A model generated the notes under the pieces. It was given only the letters and a program-made list of their open reading frames with translations. It had not been told where the DNA came from and searched no databases. A stretch of 62,855 nucleotides of DNA, counting the filler, from Nemertoderma westbladi (lineage: Eukaryota > Animalia > Xenacoelomorpha): assembly GCA_032718475.1 (NCBI GenBank). It is 4 parts of 4 records of this genome, joined end to end, with 100 filler letters (N's around TTAATTAATTAA, not from the genome) between each part and the next. Parts side by side here need not be neighbours in the genome. Positions count along the whole stretch, not along the records: positions 1 to 18,055 come from JAUCBJ010008924.1; 3 more parts are not named here. One strand, 5' to 3'. The position numbers and the translations under genes were made by a program. This document shows, one piece after another, positions 1 to 14,028 of the stretch. Each line of letters starts with the position of its first letter. The stretch's first letter is position 1.

Positions 1-149
1 AACTCTAGTAAACTGCTTGAATTATCGAAAGTATAAACTGTTACCTTAACGAATCGAACCTTAACGCATCTTAACATACTTACTTAATTTAATTGCATTA
101 ATCATATTGTTTGTACTGTTATTTTACCGTCAGTTATTAATTGTACCTA

Positions 150-2076
150 TTTGTTGATGGAAATATTGCTCTTTGGATAATACGGATAAATCACCCAAAT
201 TCCCAATTTTCTTGATACACTACAGGTTAGAGAGACCGGTTATACATAACAATTGCGATTTATATTAATGTGGTGTGTATTGAATCCAATGTTATTTAGC
301 AGACCCTACGTGAGTCAATTACTGCTCTCTTTATGTGTGATCAAATATACTGACTGTCGGCAGAATAGTGTGTACGATCGTGAATGGTAACAAAGTATTT
401 CCTAAAGAATACGCTTTATACTTTAATCATAAGCAGTATCGTTGCGTTTTAGTATAAGTCTTAGTTCTGTTTAAATAGATAAAGCGCCACGTCCTAAAGG
501 AACTGTTAATATTTCCCGAAAGCCAATAATATCTGTCAGAGATTAATTATTAACGATCTATTGAATAATACAGTAGGTATACACTGCAACCTTACACTGC
601 AATAATAAAATTCAAGCATCCGAATTCAGTCTCCCGGGTGTAGATCCATCGGGTGAATGATCGCGCATGGGCTGGCTTCGGCTAATGTTTTGTTTATTAG
701 CATAAAATATTGTCGTATGCTAAAGGTGTTTTAATTAACTAAAAGACATATAAATTTTGGCAGGTTAAACTGCTAAAGGTCTTCAAAAGCGCGAACAAAG
801 GTGAAGGAGACCGCGTAGAGTCTTCCGGTAGTAGGCGTCTAGTTTATTGGTGTCTGTTCCTGTTAGTCTCCCTATGTCAAGTTTGAGTCGGTACAGCACA
901 ACTGGGACAGCCAGGGTTCTCCAGAGCATGAATACTACATCAGGATGCAGCCATTGTGTTGTCCAACCCTTAGTATGAAATATTTGAGAAAGTTGCGCCA
1001 GAATTTGTATGGAGTCTGTCAGTACACTGGAGTGTGGTGAGAGTTTATACCCCAAGAAAATCAAGTGATTGCTGCTCGGTATTAGAGATCCGTTAATGTT
1101 GATGAAGCATGGTAGGTGTGCTGAGCCCCGTCTCATCATGATCCATTTTGTTTTGGATAGTTCTAGTTTCAGGTCGACTTTCAACGCTTCAGCTTTGGTT
1201 ATGTCTGCCATGTTCTCAATGTCTTTAGGGGAGGTCGCTAGCAGAATGAAGTCATCAGCATATGCGAAAGTCCCCAACCAAATCGAGTCTACCCAGCGCC
1301 AGCACCCAAGCTGCGAGTTCTTTAGGGCTTTGATCATGTCCATGGTGTACAGGTTAAAGAGGGTCGGAGATAGTAGCGACCCCTGTTTAATTTCTTTGTG
1401 TACTAAGATTGGTGTACAGTCTATGTTCGAACCGAACTTGAGGAAAAATTTGCTTGAGAGGTAGTAGGACAGTATGGTGCTGACGATATGGGGATTCACG
1501 TACTCAAGGAGCTTCTTAGTCAGTAGTGCGTAGTCAACATCTTCAAACGCCGATTGTATGTCTATTTGGCAGGCGAACACAGGGGAACCGTTAGATAGGT
1601 GATACTCGATACACTCTAGGATTGTGCTGACGACGATGTCCGCGCCAATATTCTTCTTATAGGCAGTCTGGTATTCATGGGGTAGGACTGGATCCAGGAC
1701 GTGTACTAGGAGGATGTGTTCAGTATTTTTGCAAATATGTTAATCAATGCGATCGGACGATACGAAGTAGGTTTTAGTTTATCCTTGCCTTTGCCTTTAT
1801 AAATACTACTGAGGGCAGATTGGCCAAATATAGAGGGGACTGACTTCAGTTCGAAGCAGTTGTTGATGATGTTGGCTAGAATGTCACAAATGGACTCTGG
1901 TTCCAAGTGGAGTAGATGTTCAAGAGTGAGGGATGCAGCGTCTGGGGCTTTGCCAGTTGAGAGACTCAGAATAGCTTTCTTCACAGCCAGCGGAGATATT
2001 GTGGGAGTTTTCATATGTTTACATTTGTCTGCAAGCTCTTTCTGAATTTCTTCTATGCCGCTCTTATTCAGATCAC
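150..2076 (-). mobile_element. 5'-truncated, decayed non-LTR retrotransposon (LINE) with RT domain, downstream of Rh exon 7 (probably intronic)
   Basis: ORFs 1706-2014 and 783-1580 give GKAPD..., YRPIALINIFAKIL, KQGSLLSPTLFNLY and FAYADD, with a frameshift near 1706. Region 150-800 is homologous to 41001-41470 (reverse complement) and 58644-58890. Clade unresolved. Confidence 0.85.
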
Positions 2077-2221
2077 CTGAAAATTACAACTACATTACAA
2101 ACTACAAAAAACACGATTGATTCCCCACCACTATCTATCTACCCCTACCTGCTCCTGTTTAATTGGTTACCTGATTTCTTAACGGATCTCTCTACATTTT
2201 CTCACGTGGTTTCAGTTGAAT

Positions 2222-5200
2222 CTCATCTGGTTCCGTAATAACTTCCAGCTGCAACTCACCTGGTTCCGTAATAACTTTCTATCTGCAACTCACCTGGTTC
2301 CGTAATAACTTTCTATCTGCAACTCACCTGGTTCCGTAATAACTTTCTATCTGCAACTCACCTGGTTCCGTAATAACTTCCAGCTGCAACTCACCTGGTT
2401 CCGTAATAACTTTCAGCTACAACTCACCTGGTTCCGAAATAACTTCCAGCTACAACTCACCTGGTTCCATAATAACTTTCAGCTGCAACACACCTGGTTC
2501 CGTAATAACTTTCTATCTGCAACTCACCTGGTTCCGTAATAACTTCCAGCTGCAACTCACCTGGTTCCGTAATAACTTTCAGCTACAACTCACCTGGTTC
2601 CGAAATAACTTCCAGCTACAACTCACCTGGTTCCATAATAACTTTCAGCTGCAACACACCTGGTTCCGTAATAACTTTCTATCTGCAACTCACCTGGTTC
2701 CGTAATAACTTTCTATCTGCAACTCACCTGGTTCCGTAATAACTTTCAGCTGCAACTCACCTGGTTCCGTAATAACTTTCTATCTGCAACTCACCTGGTT
2801 CCATAATTACTTTCTATCTGAAACTCACCTGATTCCGTAATAACTTTCTATCTGCAACTCACCTGGTTCCGTAATAACTTTCTATCTGCAACTCACCTGG
2901 TTCGGTAATAACTTTCTATCTGCAACTCACCTGGTTCCATAATAACTTTCTATCTGCAACTCACCTGGTTCCGTAATAACTTTCTATCTGCAACTCACCT
3001 GGTTCCGTAATAACTTTCTATCTGCAACTCACCTGGTTCGGTAATAACTTTCTATCTGCAACTCACCTGGTTCCATAATTACTTTCTATCTGAAACTCAC
3101 CTGATTCCGTAATAACTTTCTATCTGCAACTCACCTGGTTCCATAATAACTTTCTATCTGCAACTCACCTGGTTCCGTAATAACTTTCAGCTGCAACTCA
3201 CCTGGTTCCGTAATAACTTTCTATCTGCAACTCACCTGGTTCCATAATTACTTTCTATCTGAAACTCACCTGATTCCGTAATAACTTTCTATCTGCAACT
3301 CACCTGGTTCCATAATTACTTTCTATCTGCAACTCACCTGGATCCGTAATAACTTTCTATCTGCAACTCACCTGGTTCCGTAATAACTTTCTATCTGCAA
3401 CTCACCTGGATCCGTAATAACTTTCTATCTGCAACTCACCTGGATCCGTAATAACTTTCTATCTGCAACTCACCTGGTTCCATAATTACTTTCTATCTGA
3501 AACTCACCTGATTCCGTAATAACTTTCTATCTGCAACTCACCTGGTTCCATAATAACTTTCTATCTGCAACTCACCTGGTTCCGTAATAACTTTCAGCTG
3601 CAACTCACCTGGTTCCGTAATAACTTTCTATCTGCAACTCACCTGGTTCCATAATTACTTTCTATCTGCAACTCACCTGGATCCGTAATAACTTTCTATC
3701 TGCAACTCACCTGGTTCCATAATTACTTTCTATCTGAAACTCACCTGATTCCGTAATAACTTTCTATCTGCAACTCACCTGGTTCCATAATTACTTTCTA
3801 TCTGCAACTCACCTGGATCCGTAATAACTTTCAGCTACAACTCACCTGGTTCCGAAATAACTTCCAGCTACAACTCACCTGGTTCCATAATAACTTCCAG
3901 CTACAACTCACCTGGTTCCATAATAACTTTCAGCTGCAACTCACCTGGTTCCGTAATAACTTTCTATCTGCAACTCACCTGGTTCCATAATTACTTTCTA
4001 TCTGCAACTCACCTGGTTCCGTAATAACTTTCTATCTGCAACTCACCTGGTTCCGTAATAACTTCCAGCTGCAACTCACCTGGTTCCGTAATAACTTTCA
4101 GCTACAACTCACCTGGTTCCGAAATAACTTCCAGCTACAACTCACCTGGTTCCATAATAACTTTCAGCTGCAACTCACCTGGTTCCGTAATAACTTTCTA
4201 TCTGCAACTCACCTGGTTCCATAATAACTTTCTATCTGCAACTCGCCTGGTTCCGTAATAACTTTCTATCTGCAACTCACCTGGTTCCGTAATAACTTTC
4301 TATCTGCAACTCACCTGGTTCCGTAATAACTTTCTATCTGCAACTCACCTGGTTCCATAATTACTTTCTATCTGAAACTCACCTGATTCCGTAATAACTT
4401 TCTATCTGCAACTCACCTGGTTCCGTAATAACTTTCTATCTGCAACTCACCTGGATCCGTAATAACTTTCTATCTGCAACTCACCTGGTTCCATAATTAC
4501 TTTCTATCTGAAACTCACCTGGTTCCGTAATAACTTTCTATCTGCAACTCACCTGGATCCGTAATAACTTTCTATCTGCAACTCACCTGGTTCGGTAATA
4601 ACTTTCTATCTGCAACTCACCTGGTTCCATAATTACTTTCTATCTGAAACTCACCTGATTCCGTAATAACTTTCTATCTGCAACTCACCTGGTTCCGTAA
4701 TAACTTTCTATCTGCAACTCACCTGGATCCGTAATAACTTTCTATCTGCAACTCACCTGGTTCCATAATAACTTTCTATCTGCAACTCACCTGGATCCGT
4801 AATAACTTTCTATCTGCAACTCACCTGGTTCGGTAATAACTTTCTATCTGCAACTCACCTGGATCCGTAATAACTTTCTATCTGCAACTCACCTGGTTCC
4901 ATAATAACTTTATATCTGCAACTCACCTGGATCCGTAATAACTTTCTATCTGCAACTCACCTGGTTCGGTAATAACTTTCTATCTGCAACTCACCTGGTT
5001 CCATAATTACTTTCTATCTGAAACTCACCTGATTCCGTAATAACTTTCTATCTGCAACTCACCTGGTTCCATAATTACTTTCTATCTGAAACTCACCTGA
5101 TTCCGTAATAACTTTCTATCTACAACTCACCTGGTTCCATAATAACTTTCTATCTGCAACTCACCTGGTTCCGTAATAACTTTCTATCTGCAACTCACCT

Positions 5201-8200
5201 GGATCCGTAATAACTTTCTATCTGCAACTCACCTGGTTCCATAATAACTTTCTATCTGCAACTCACCTGGATCCGTAATAACTTTCTATCTGCAACTCAC
5301 CTGGTTCGGTAATAACTTTCTATCTGCAACTCACCTGGATCCGTAATAACTTTCTATCTGCAACTCACCTGGTTCCATAATAACTTTCTATCTGCAACTC
5401 ACCTGGATCCGTAATAACTTTCTATCTGCAACTCACCTGGTTCCATAATTACTTTCTATCTGAAACTCACCTGATTCCGTAATAACTTTCTATCTGCAAC
5501 TCACCTGGTTCCATAATAACTTTCTATCTGCAACTCACCTGGATCCGTAATAACTTTCTATCTGCAACTCACCTGGTTCCGTAATAACTTTCAGCTACAA
5601 CTCACCTGGTTCCGAAATAACTTCCAGCTACAACTCACCTGGTTCCATAATAACTTTCTATCTGCAACTCACCTGGTTCGGTAATAACTTTCTATCTGCA
5701 ACTCACCTGGTTCCATAATTACTTTCTATCTGAAACTCACCTGATTCCGTAATAACTTTCTATCTGCAACTCACCTGGTTCCGTAATAACTTTCTATCTG
5801 CAACTCACCTGGATCCGTAATAACTTTCTATCTGCAACTCACCTGGTTCCATAATAACTTTCTATCTGCAACTCACCTGGTTCCGTAATAACTTTCTATC
5901 TGCAACTCACCTGGTTCCGTAATAACTTTCTATCTGCAACTCACCTGGTTCCGTAATAACTTTCTATCTGCAACTCACCTGGTTCCGTAATAACTTTCTA
6001 TCTGCAACTCACCTGGTTCGGTAATAACTTTCTATCTGCAACTCACCTGGTTCCATAATAACTTTCTATCTACAACTCACCTGGTTCCGTAATAACTTTC
6101 AGCTGCAACTCACCTGGTTCCGTAATAACTTTCTATCTACAACTCACCTGGTTCCGTAATAACTTTCAGCTGCAACTCACCTGGTTCCGTAATAACTTTA
6201 TATCTGCAACTCACCTGGTTCCGTAATAGCTTTCTATCTGCAACTCACCTGGTTCCGTAATAACTTTCTATCTGCAACTCACCTGGTTCCGTAATAGCTT
6301 TCTATCTGCAACTCACCTGGTTCCGTAATAACTTTCTATCTACAACTCACCTGGTTCCGTAATAACTTTCAGCTGCAACTCACCTGGTTCCGTAATAACT
6401 TTCTATCTTCAACTCACCTGGTTCCGTAATAACTTTCAGCTGCAACTCACTTGGTTCCGTAATAACTTTCTATCTACAACTCACCTGGTTCCGTAATAAC
6501 TTTCAGCTGCAACTCACCTGGTTCCGTAATAACTTTATATCTGCAACTCACCTGGTTCCGTAATAGCTTTCTATCTGCAACTCACCTGGTTCCGTAATAA
6601 CTTTCTATCTACAACTCACCTGGTTCCGTAATAACTTTCAGCTGCAACTCACCTGGTTCCGTAATAACTTTATATCTGCAACTCACCTGGTTCCGTAATA
6701 GCTTTCTATCTGCAACTCACCTGGTTCCGTAATAGCTTTCTATCTGCAACTCACCTGGTTCCGTAATAACTTTCAGCTGCAACTCACCTGGTTCCGTAAT
6801 AACTTTATATCTGCAACTCACCTGGTTCCGTAATAGCTTTCTATCTGCAACTCACCTGGTTCCGTAATAACTTTCTATCTGCAACTCACCTGGTTCCGTA
6901 ATAACTTCCAGCTGCAACTCACCTGGTTCCGTAATAACTTTCAGCTACAACTCACCTGGTTCCGAAATAACTTCCAGCTACAACTCACCTGGTTCCATAA
7001 TAACTTTCAGCTGCAACACACCTGGTTCCGTAATAACTTTCTATCTGCAACTCACCTGGTTCCGTAATAACTTCCAGCTGCAACTCACCTGGTTCCGTAA
7101 TAACTTTCAGCTACAACTCACCTGGTTCCGAAATAACTTCCAGCTACAACTCACCTGGTTCCATAATAACTTTCAGCTGCAACACACCTGGTTCCGTAAT
7201 AACTTTCTATCTGCAACTCACCTGGTTCCGTAATAACTTTCTATCTGCAACTCACCTGGTTCCGTAATAACTTTCTATCTGCAACTCACCTGGTTCCGTA
7301 ATAACTTTCTATCTGCAACTCACCTGGTTCCGTAATAACTTCCAGCTGCAACTCACCTGGTTCCGTAATAACTTTCAGCTACAACTCACCTGGTTCCGAA
7401 ATAACTTCCAGCTACAACTCACCTGGTTCCATAATAACTTTCAGCTGCAACACACCTGGTTCCGTAATAACTTTCTATCTGCAACTCACCTGGTTCCGTA
7501 ATAACTTCCAGCTGCAACTCACCTGGTTCCGTAATAACTTTCAGCTACAACTCACCTGGTTCCGAAATAACTTCCAGCTACAACTCACCTGGTTCCATAA
7601 TAACTTTCAGCTGCAACACACCTGGTTCCGTAATAACTTTCTATCTGCAACTCACCTGGTTCCGTAATAACTTTCTATCTGCAACTCACCTGGTTCCGTA
7701 ATAACTTTCAGCTGCAACTCACCTGGTTCCGTAATAACTTTCTATCTGCAACTCACCTGGTTCCATAATTACTTTCTATCTGAAACTCACCTGATTCCGT
7801 AATAACTTTCTATCTGCAACTCACCTGGTTCCGTAATAACTTTCTATCTGCAACTCACCTGGTTCGGTAATAACTTTCTATCTGCAACTCACCTGGTTCC
7901 ATAATAACTTTCTATCTGCAACTCACCTGGTTCCGTAATAACTTTCTATCTGCAACTCACCTGGTTCCGTAATAACTTTCTATCTGCAACTCACCTGGTT
8001 CGGTAATAACTTTCTATCTGCAACTCACCTGGTTCCATAATTACTTTCTATCTGAAACTCACCTGATTCCGTAATAACTTTCTATCTGCAACTCACCTGG
8101 TTCCATAATAACTTTCTATCTGCAACTCACCTGGTTCCGTAATAACTTTCAGCTGCAACTCTCCTGGTTCCGTAATAACTTTCTATCTGCAACTCACCTG

Positions 8201-11200
8201 GTTCCATAATTACTTTCTATCTGAAACTCACCTGATTCCGTAATAACTTTCTATCTGCAACTCACCTGGTTCCGTAATAACTTTCTATCTGCAACTCACC
8301 TGGTTCGGTAATAACTTTCTATCTGCAACTCACCTGGTTCCATAATTACTTTCTATCTGAAACTCACCTGATTCCGTAATAACTTTCTATCTGCAACTCA
8401 CCTGGTTCCGTAATAACTTTCTATCTGCAACTCACCTGGATCCGTAATAACTTTCTATCTGCAACTCACCTGGTTCCATAATAACTTTCTATCTGCAACT
8501 CACCTGGTTCCGTAATAACTTTCTATCTGCAACTCACCTGGTTCCGTAATAACTTTCTATCTGCAACTCACCTGGTTCCGTAATAACTTTCTATCTGCAA
8601 CTCACCTGGTTCCGTAATAACTTTCTATCTGCAACTCACCTGGTTCGGTAATAACTTTCTATCTGCAACTCACCTGGTTCCATAATAACTTTCTATCTAC
8701 AACTCACCTGGTTCCGTAATAACTTTCAGCTGCAACTCACCTGGTTCCGTAATAACTTTCTATCTACAACTCACCTGGTTCCGTAATAACTTTCAGCTGC
8801 AACTCACCTGGTTCCGTAATAACTTTATATCTGCAACTCACCTGGTTCCGTAATAGCTTTCTATCTGCAACTCACCTGGTTCCGTAATAACTTTCTATCT
8901 GCAACTCACCTGGTTCCGTAATAGCTTTCTATCTGCAACTCACCTGGTTCCGTAATAACTTTCTATCTACAACTCACCTGGTTCCGTAATAACTTTCAGC
9001 TGCAACTCACCTGGTTCCGTAATAACTTTCTATCTTCAACTCACCTGGTTCCGTAATAACTTTCAGCTGCAACTCACTTGGTTCCGTAATAACTTTCTAT
9101 CTACAACTCACCTGGTTCCGTAATAACTTTCAGCTGCAACTCACCTGGTTCCGTAATAACTTTATATCTGCAACTCACCTGGTTCCGTAATAGCTTTCTA
9201 TCTGCAACTCACCTGGTTCCGTAATAACTTTCTATCTACAACTCACCTGGTTCCGTAATAACTTTCAGCTGCAACTCACCTGGTTCCGTAATAACTTTAT
9301 ATCTGCAACTCACCTGGTTCCGTAATAGCTTTCTATCTGCAACTCACCTGGTTCCGTAATAGCTTTCTATCTGCAACTCACCTGGTTCCGTAATAACTTT
9401 CAGCTGCAACTCACCTGGTTCCGTAATAACTTTATATCTGCAACTCACCTGGTTCCGTAATAGCTTTCTATCTGCAACTCACCTGGTTCCGTAATAACTT
9501 TCTATCTGCAACTCACCTGGTTCCGTAATAACTTTCTATCTGCAACTCACCTGGTTCCGTAATAACTTTCTATCTGCAACTCACCTGGTTCCGTAATAGC
9601 TTTCTATCTGCAACTCACCTGGTTCCGTAATAACTTTCTATCTGCAACTCACCTGGTTCCGTAATAACTTTCTATCTGCAACTCGCCTGGTTCCGTAATA
9701 ACTTTCTATCTGCAACTCACCTGGTTCCGTAATAACTTTCTATCTGCAACTCACCTGGTTCCGTAATAACTTTCTATCTGCAACTCACCTGGTTCCGTAA
9801 TAACTTTCTATCTACAACTCACCTGGTTCCGTAATAACTTTCTATCTGCAACTCACCTGGTTCCGTAATAACTTTCTATCTGCAACTCACCTGGTTCCAT
9901 AATAACTTTCTATCTGCAACTCACCTGGTTCCGTAATAACTTTCTATCTGCAACTCACCTGGTTCCATAATAACTTTCTATCTGCAACTCACCTGGTTCC
10001 ATAATAACTTTCTATCTGCAACTCACCTGGTTCCATAATAACTTTCTATCTACAACTCACCTGGTTCCATAATAACTTTCTATCTGCAACTCACCTGGTT
10101 CCGTAATAACTATCTATCTGCAACTCACCTGGTTCCGTAATAGCTTTCTATCTGTAACTCACCTGGTTCCGTAATAACTTTCTATCTGCAACTCACCTGG
10201 TTCCGTAATAACTTTCTATCTGCAACTCACCTGGTTCCATAATAACTTTCTATCTGCAACTCACCTGGTTCCATAATAACTTTCTATCTGCAACTCACCT
10301 GGTTCCATAATAACTTTCTATCTACAACTCACCTGGTTCCGTAATAACTTTCTATCTGCAACTCACCTGGTTCCATAATAACTTTCTATCTGCAACTCAC
10401 CTGGTTCCGTAATAACTTTCTATCTACAACTCACCTGGTTCCGTAATAACTTTCTATCTGCAACTCACCTGGTTCCATAATAACTTTCTATCTGCAACTC
10501 ACCTGGTTCCATAATAACTTTCTATCTGCAACTCACCTGGTTCCATAATAACTTTCTATCTGCAACTCACCTGGTTCCATAATAACTTTCTATCTGCAAC
10601 TCACCTGGTTCCATAATAACTTTCTATCTGCAACTCACCTGGTTCCATAATAACTTTCTATCTGCAACTCACCTGGTTCCGTAACAACTTTCTATCTGCA
10701 ACTCACCTGGTTCCATAATAACTTTCTATCTGCAACTCACCTGGTTCCGTAACAACTTTCTATCTGCAACTCACCTGGTTCCATAATAACTTTCTATCTG
10801 CAACTCACCTGGTTCCGTAACAACTTTCTATCTGCAACTCACCTGGTTCCATAATAACTTTCTATCTGCAACTCACCTGGTTCCGTAACAACTTTCTATC
10901 TGCAACTCACCTGGTTCCATAATAACTTTCTATCTACAACTCACCTGGTTCCGTAATAACTTTCTATCTGCAACTCACCTGGTTCCATAATAACTTTCTA
11001 TCTGCAACTCACCTGGTTCCGTAACAACTTTCTATCTGCAACTCACCTGGTTCCATAATAACTTTCTATCTACAACTCACCTGGTTCGGTAATAACTTTC
11101 TATCTGCAACTCACCTGGATCCGTAATAACTTTCTATCTGCAACTCACCTGGTTCCGTAACAACTTTCTATCTGCAACTCACCTGGTTCCATAATAACTT

Positions 11201-11995
11201 TCTATCTGCAACTCACCTGGTTCCGTAACAACTTTCTATCTGCAACTCACCTGGTTCCATAATAACTTTCTATCTGCAACTCACCTGGTTCCGTAACAAC
11301 TTTCTATCTGCAACTCACCTGGTTCCATAATAACTTTCTATCTACAACTCACCTGGTTCCATAATAACTTTCTATCTGCAACTCACCTGGTTCCATAATA
11401 ACTTTCTATCTGCAACTCACCTGGTTCCGTAACAACTTTCTATCTGCAACTCACCTGGTTCCATAATAACTTTCTATCTACAACTCACCTGGTTCCATAA
11501 TAACTTTCTATCTGCAACTCACCTGGTTCCATAATAACTTTCTATCTGCAACTCACCTGGTTCCATAATAACTTTCTATCTACAACTCACCTGGTTCCAT
11601 AATAACTTTCTATCTACAACTCACCTGGTTCCATAATAACTTTCTATCTGCAACTCACCTGGTTCCATAATAACTTTCTATCTGCAACTCACCTGGTTCC
11701 ATAATAACTTTCTATCTGCAACTCACCTGGTTCCGTAACAACTTTCTATCTGCAACTCACCTGGTTCCATAATAACTTTCTATCTACAACTCACCTGGTT
11801 CCATAATAACTTTCTATCTGCAACTCACCTGGTTCCATAATAACTTTCTATCTGCAACTCACCTGGTTCCGTAATAACTTTCTATCTGCAACTCACCTGG
11901 TGGCGTAATAACTTTCTATCTGCAACTCACCTGGTTCCGTAATAACTTTCTATCTGCAACTCACCTGGTTCCGTAATAACTTTCAGCTGCAACTC
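2222..11995. repeat. ~9.8-kb satellite, 33/34-bp unit CTCACCTGGTTCCGTAATAACTTTCTATCTGCAA (~290 copies), derived from the Rh exon 7/intron junction
   Basis: Direct tandem periodicity. The minus-strand unit GTGAGTTGCAGATAGAAAGTTATTACGGAACCAG matches the last ~30 nt of exon 7 plus its donor. Confidence 0.97.
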
Positions 11996-12098
11996 CGGTG
12001 GCAATAATTCCCGCTATACCCGACATAATTCCCGGCATTCCATGGAGATTGTTGACGCCGCAAGTATCGTGAATCTTCAGTTTAGAAGCTAAAAATGG
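11965..12098 (-). CDS. Rh50: Rh-family ammonium transporter, exon 7
   Basis: ctccag|[44 protein letters not shown], ends AG|gtgagt (phase 2); contains the DxCG..NLHG.PG Rh motif. Downstream exons not found in the window. Confidence 0.92.
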
Positions 12099-12736
12099 CT
12101 GGAGACAAAACAGTGATAACATGTAACAGCGTGAATCGTAATAGTTATTAACTAGTGCTGGATCTATGTAATACTCTGACTATGATAGTTCAATAAAAGT
12201 AAGTTTTCCATTTGGTTTTCACGTCTTAAAGATATATAGGCTGACCACCACGTTTATATATGTATTTATATATCACCATGTTTAATAGGCCGTCCACGAT
12301 CTATTAGTTGCTATTGAACATGATGAACAATGATGTGCAATTAATGATGAGTCATACAAACATACAAACATCATGATGTGCAACTCACATACGGCGTCAT
12401 TGTCCAATACTAAGTCCACAGAAAAATACGACCTAGGGATAGATATGTTGATAATATTTTTATCTGGTCCTGCCACTTACTCCATTGCGTCTGCAAACTA
12501 ACAGTTTTTTCGTTCCAACCTAAATCTGCCTTCCACATCCTCTGAAGTATAATTCTACCGACGATTTAGAATGGACAAAGTATGTTCAAAGTTTGAACGA
12601 ACAATGAATGAGTTCATCGATGAACATGATGATGAGGGGGCCTAATATTATACCGAATGACACTAATAAAATTGATAATGTGGAAAAATATAGTTATAGT
12701 TATACGTTTTATATCGTATAAATATATATGACTTAC

Positions 12737-12874
12737 AGTTACGTATTGGAAACCGATAACAGATAAGGCGCCAGACAACATTCCTATTAGTAGAGAGGCC
12801 CATGGGTCAATGAGAATATCAGCTACGGTGCCAACAGCAACACCGCCCGCTAACGTTGCGTTCTGTATGTGAAC
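12737..12874 (-). CDS. Rh50: Rh-family ammonium transporter, exon 6
   Basis: tttag|[46 protein letters not shown]|gtaagt; 138 bp, phase 0/0. Confidence 0.93.
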
Positions 12875-13289
12875 CTAAAGACCCAAACAATATCAATAAT
12901 TAAACACATAACACCCCCCCCCCCCCCTTTTTGTTTCCTATCTGTAATTCCCGATGTTATGCGCATCCTACCATAGTGTATTTCGGCTATACGCTGTGCA
13001 CACTCTTATCTCAGTTTGTTTCTCATGCTGTTGTATAATTATTGAATAATATAATACCGGTTCATCCGGGGGTTTTTATGAAATGAAAAATACTAGTTGT
13101 TTTGTGCATAGGTGTAGGTAGCCTCATGCTATACATCTGCCTCATTGATGTTGGAATATGATGAAAACAATACCTATGCATCCTATGGGAGGATCAACAA
13201 GTCTCCGAGACTATCCTACCCTGTCGCTCTTTGTTCAACACTGACATTTCAGCGCCTCAAATATAAAACAAAGTACTAAGGTAACTAAC

Positions 13290-13598
13290 CATGTTAAACT
13301 TTTTCTTTTTGCTTAAGGAGATGGATAGAGCGAACGCGACCACACAACAGGCGCTAAGAGAGAAGTATGTGTTAATGACAGCGCGTTGTTGGGCAGAGCC
13401 AACAGCCAGAGCCGAGTTGAAACTGGGCCAAAACATCCACAGGAACAGCGTTCCTATCATAGAGAAGAGATCCGAGTGGTAGACGGAACCCTCTGCGTCG
13501 CACGTGTGGTGCTCCTGGCGGTCGATTACTCGGGACACGGCTAGTCCGAAGTAAGCGCCGAACGCGTGGACAAACATCGAACTACCGGCATCCACGGC
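13290..13598 (-). CDS. Rh50: Rh-family ammonium transporter, exon 5
   Basis: ttacag|[19 protein letters not shown]...[22 protein letters not shown]...KFNM|gttagt; hallmark Rh motifs. Confidence 0.95.
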
Positions 13599-13877
13599 CT
13601 GTAAACAATAAATCAACGGACGTTAATTAACAATAACATTTGTCTGCTGGGACTTTCTTAAATAGTTAATTAAGAATTCATAGTCTGACAAACGATTTAA
13701 TTATTGTTATGTACAAATTTTTACTCTAAATCTGTTGAAATTAATTAAAATATTTGATAGTAAGTTTTGTTAGTTAGAAGTCAGTTATATTCAGTCACGT
13801 TATATTAGTCGGTATATACTAAACTGTATATTGATGTTCATATTTGTACTTTATAAATCATTTATTTTTAAACTTAC

Positions 13878-14028
13878 TCCGAGTAAAGTAGCTCCAATAT
13901 AGGCATTAACATTGTATGCGATAAGTTCCATTGAAGCCATTACTAGAAGTTGGAGAGGGGTAGTCTTCCCTAGAACAGCGCCAAAGGATATGAGAACAGC
14001 TGCGGCAGCAAAGTCAGCATTTAGCATA
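13878..14028 (-). CDS. Rh50: Rh-family ammonium transporter, exon 4
   Basis: ttcag|(N)MLNADFAAAAVLISFGAVLGKTTPLQLLVMASMEL...LLG|gtaagt; 151 bp, phases consistent with neighbouring exons. Confidence 0.93.

Noticed and set aside
2222-11995. CRISPR array (33-34-bp repeats)
   Set aside because: Units are head-to-tail with no unique spacers, there are no cas genes, and the context is a eukaryotic intron.
13155-13250. C/D-box snoRNA (ATGATGA...CTGA)
   Set aside because: Antisense to the host Rh transcript and no convincing terminal stem or guide.
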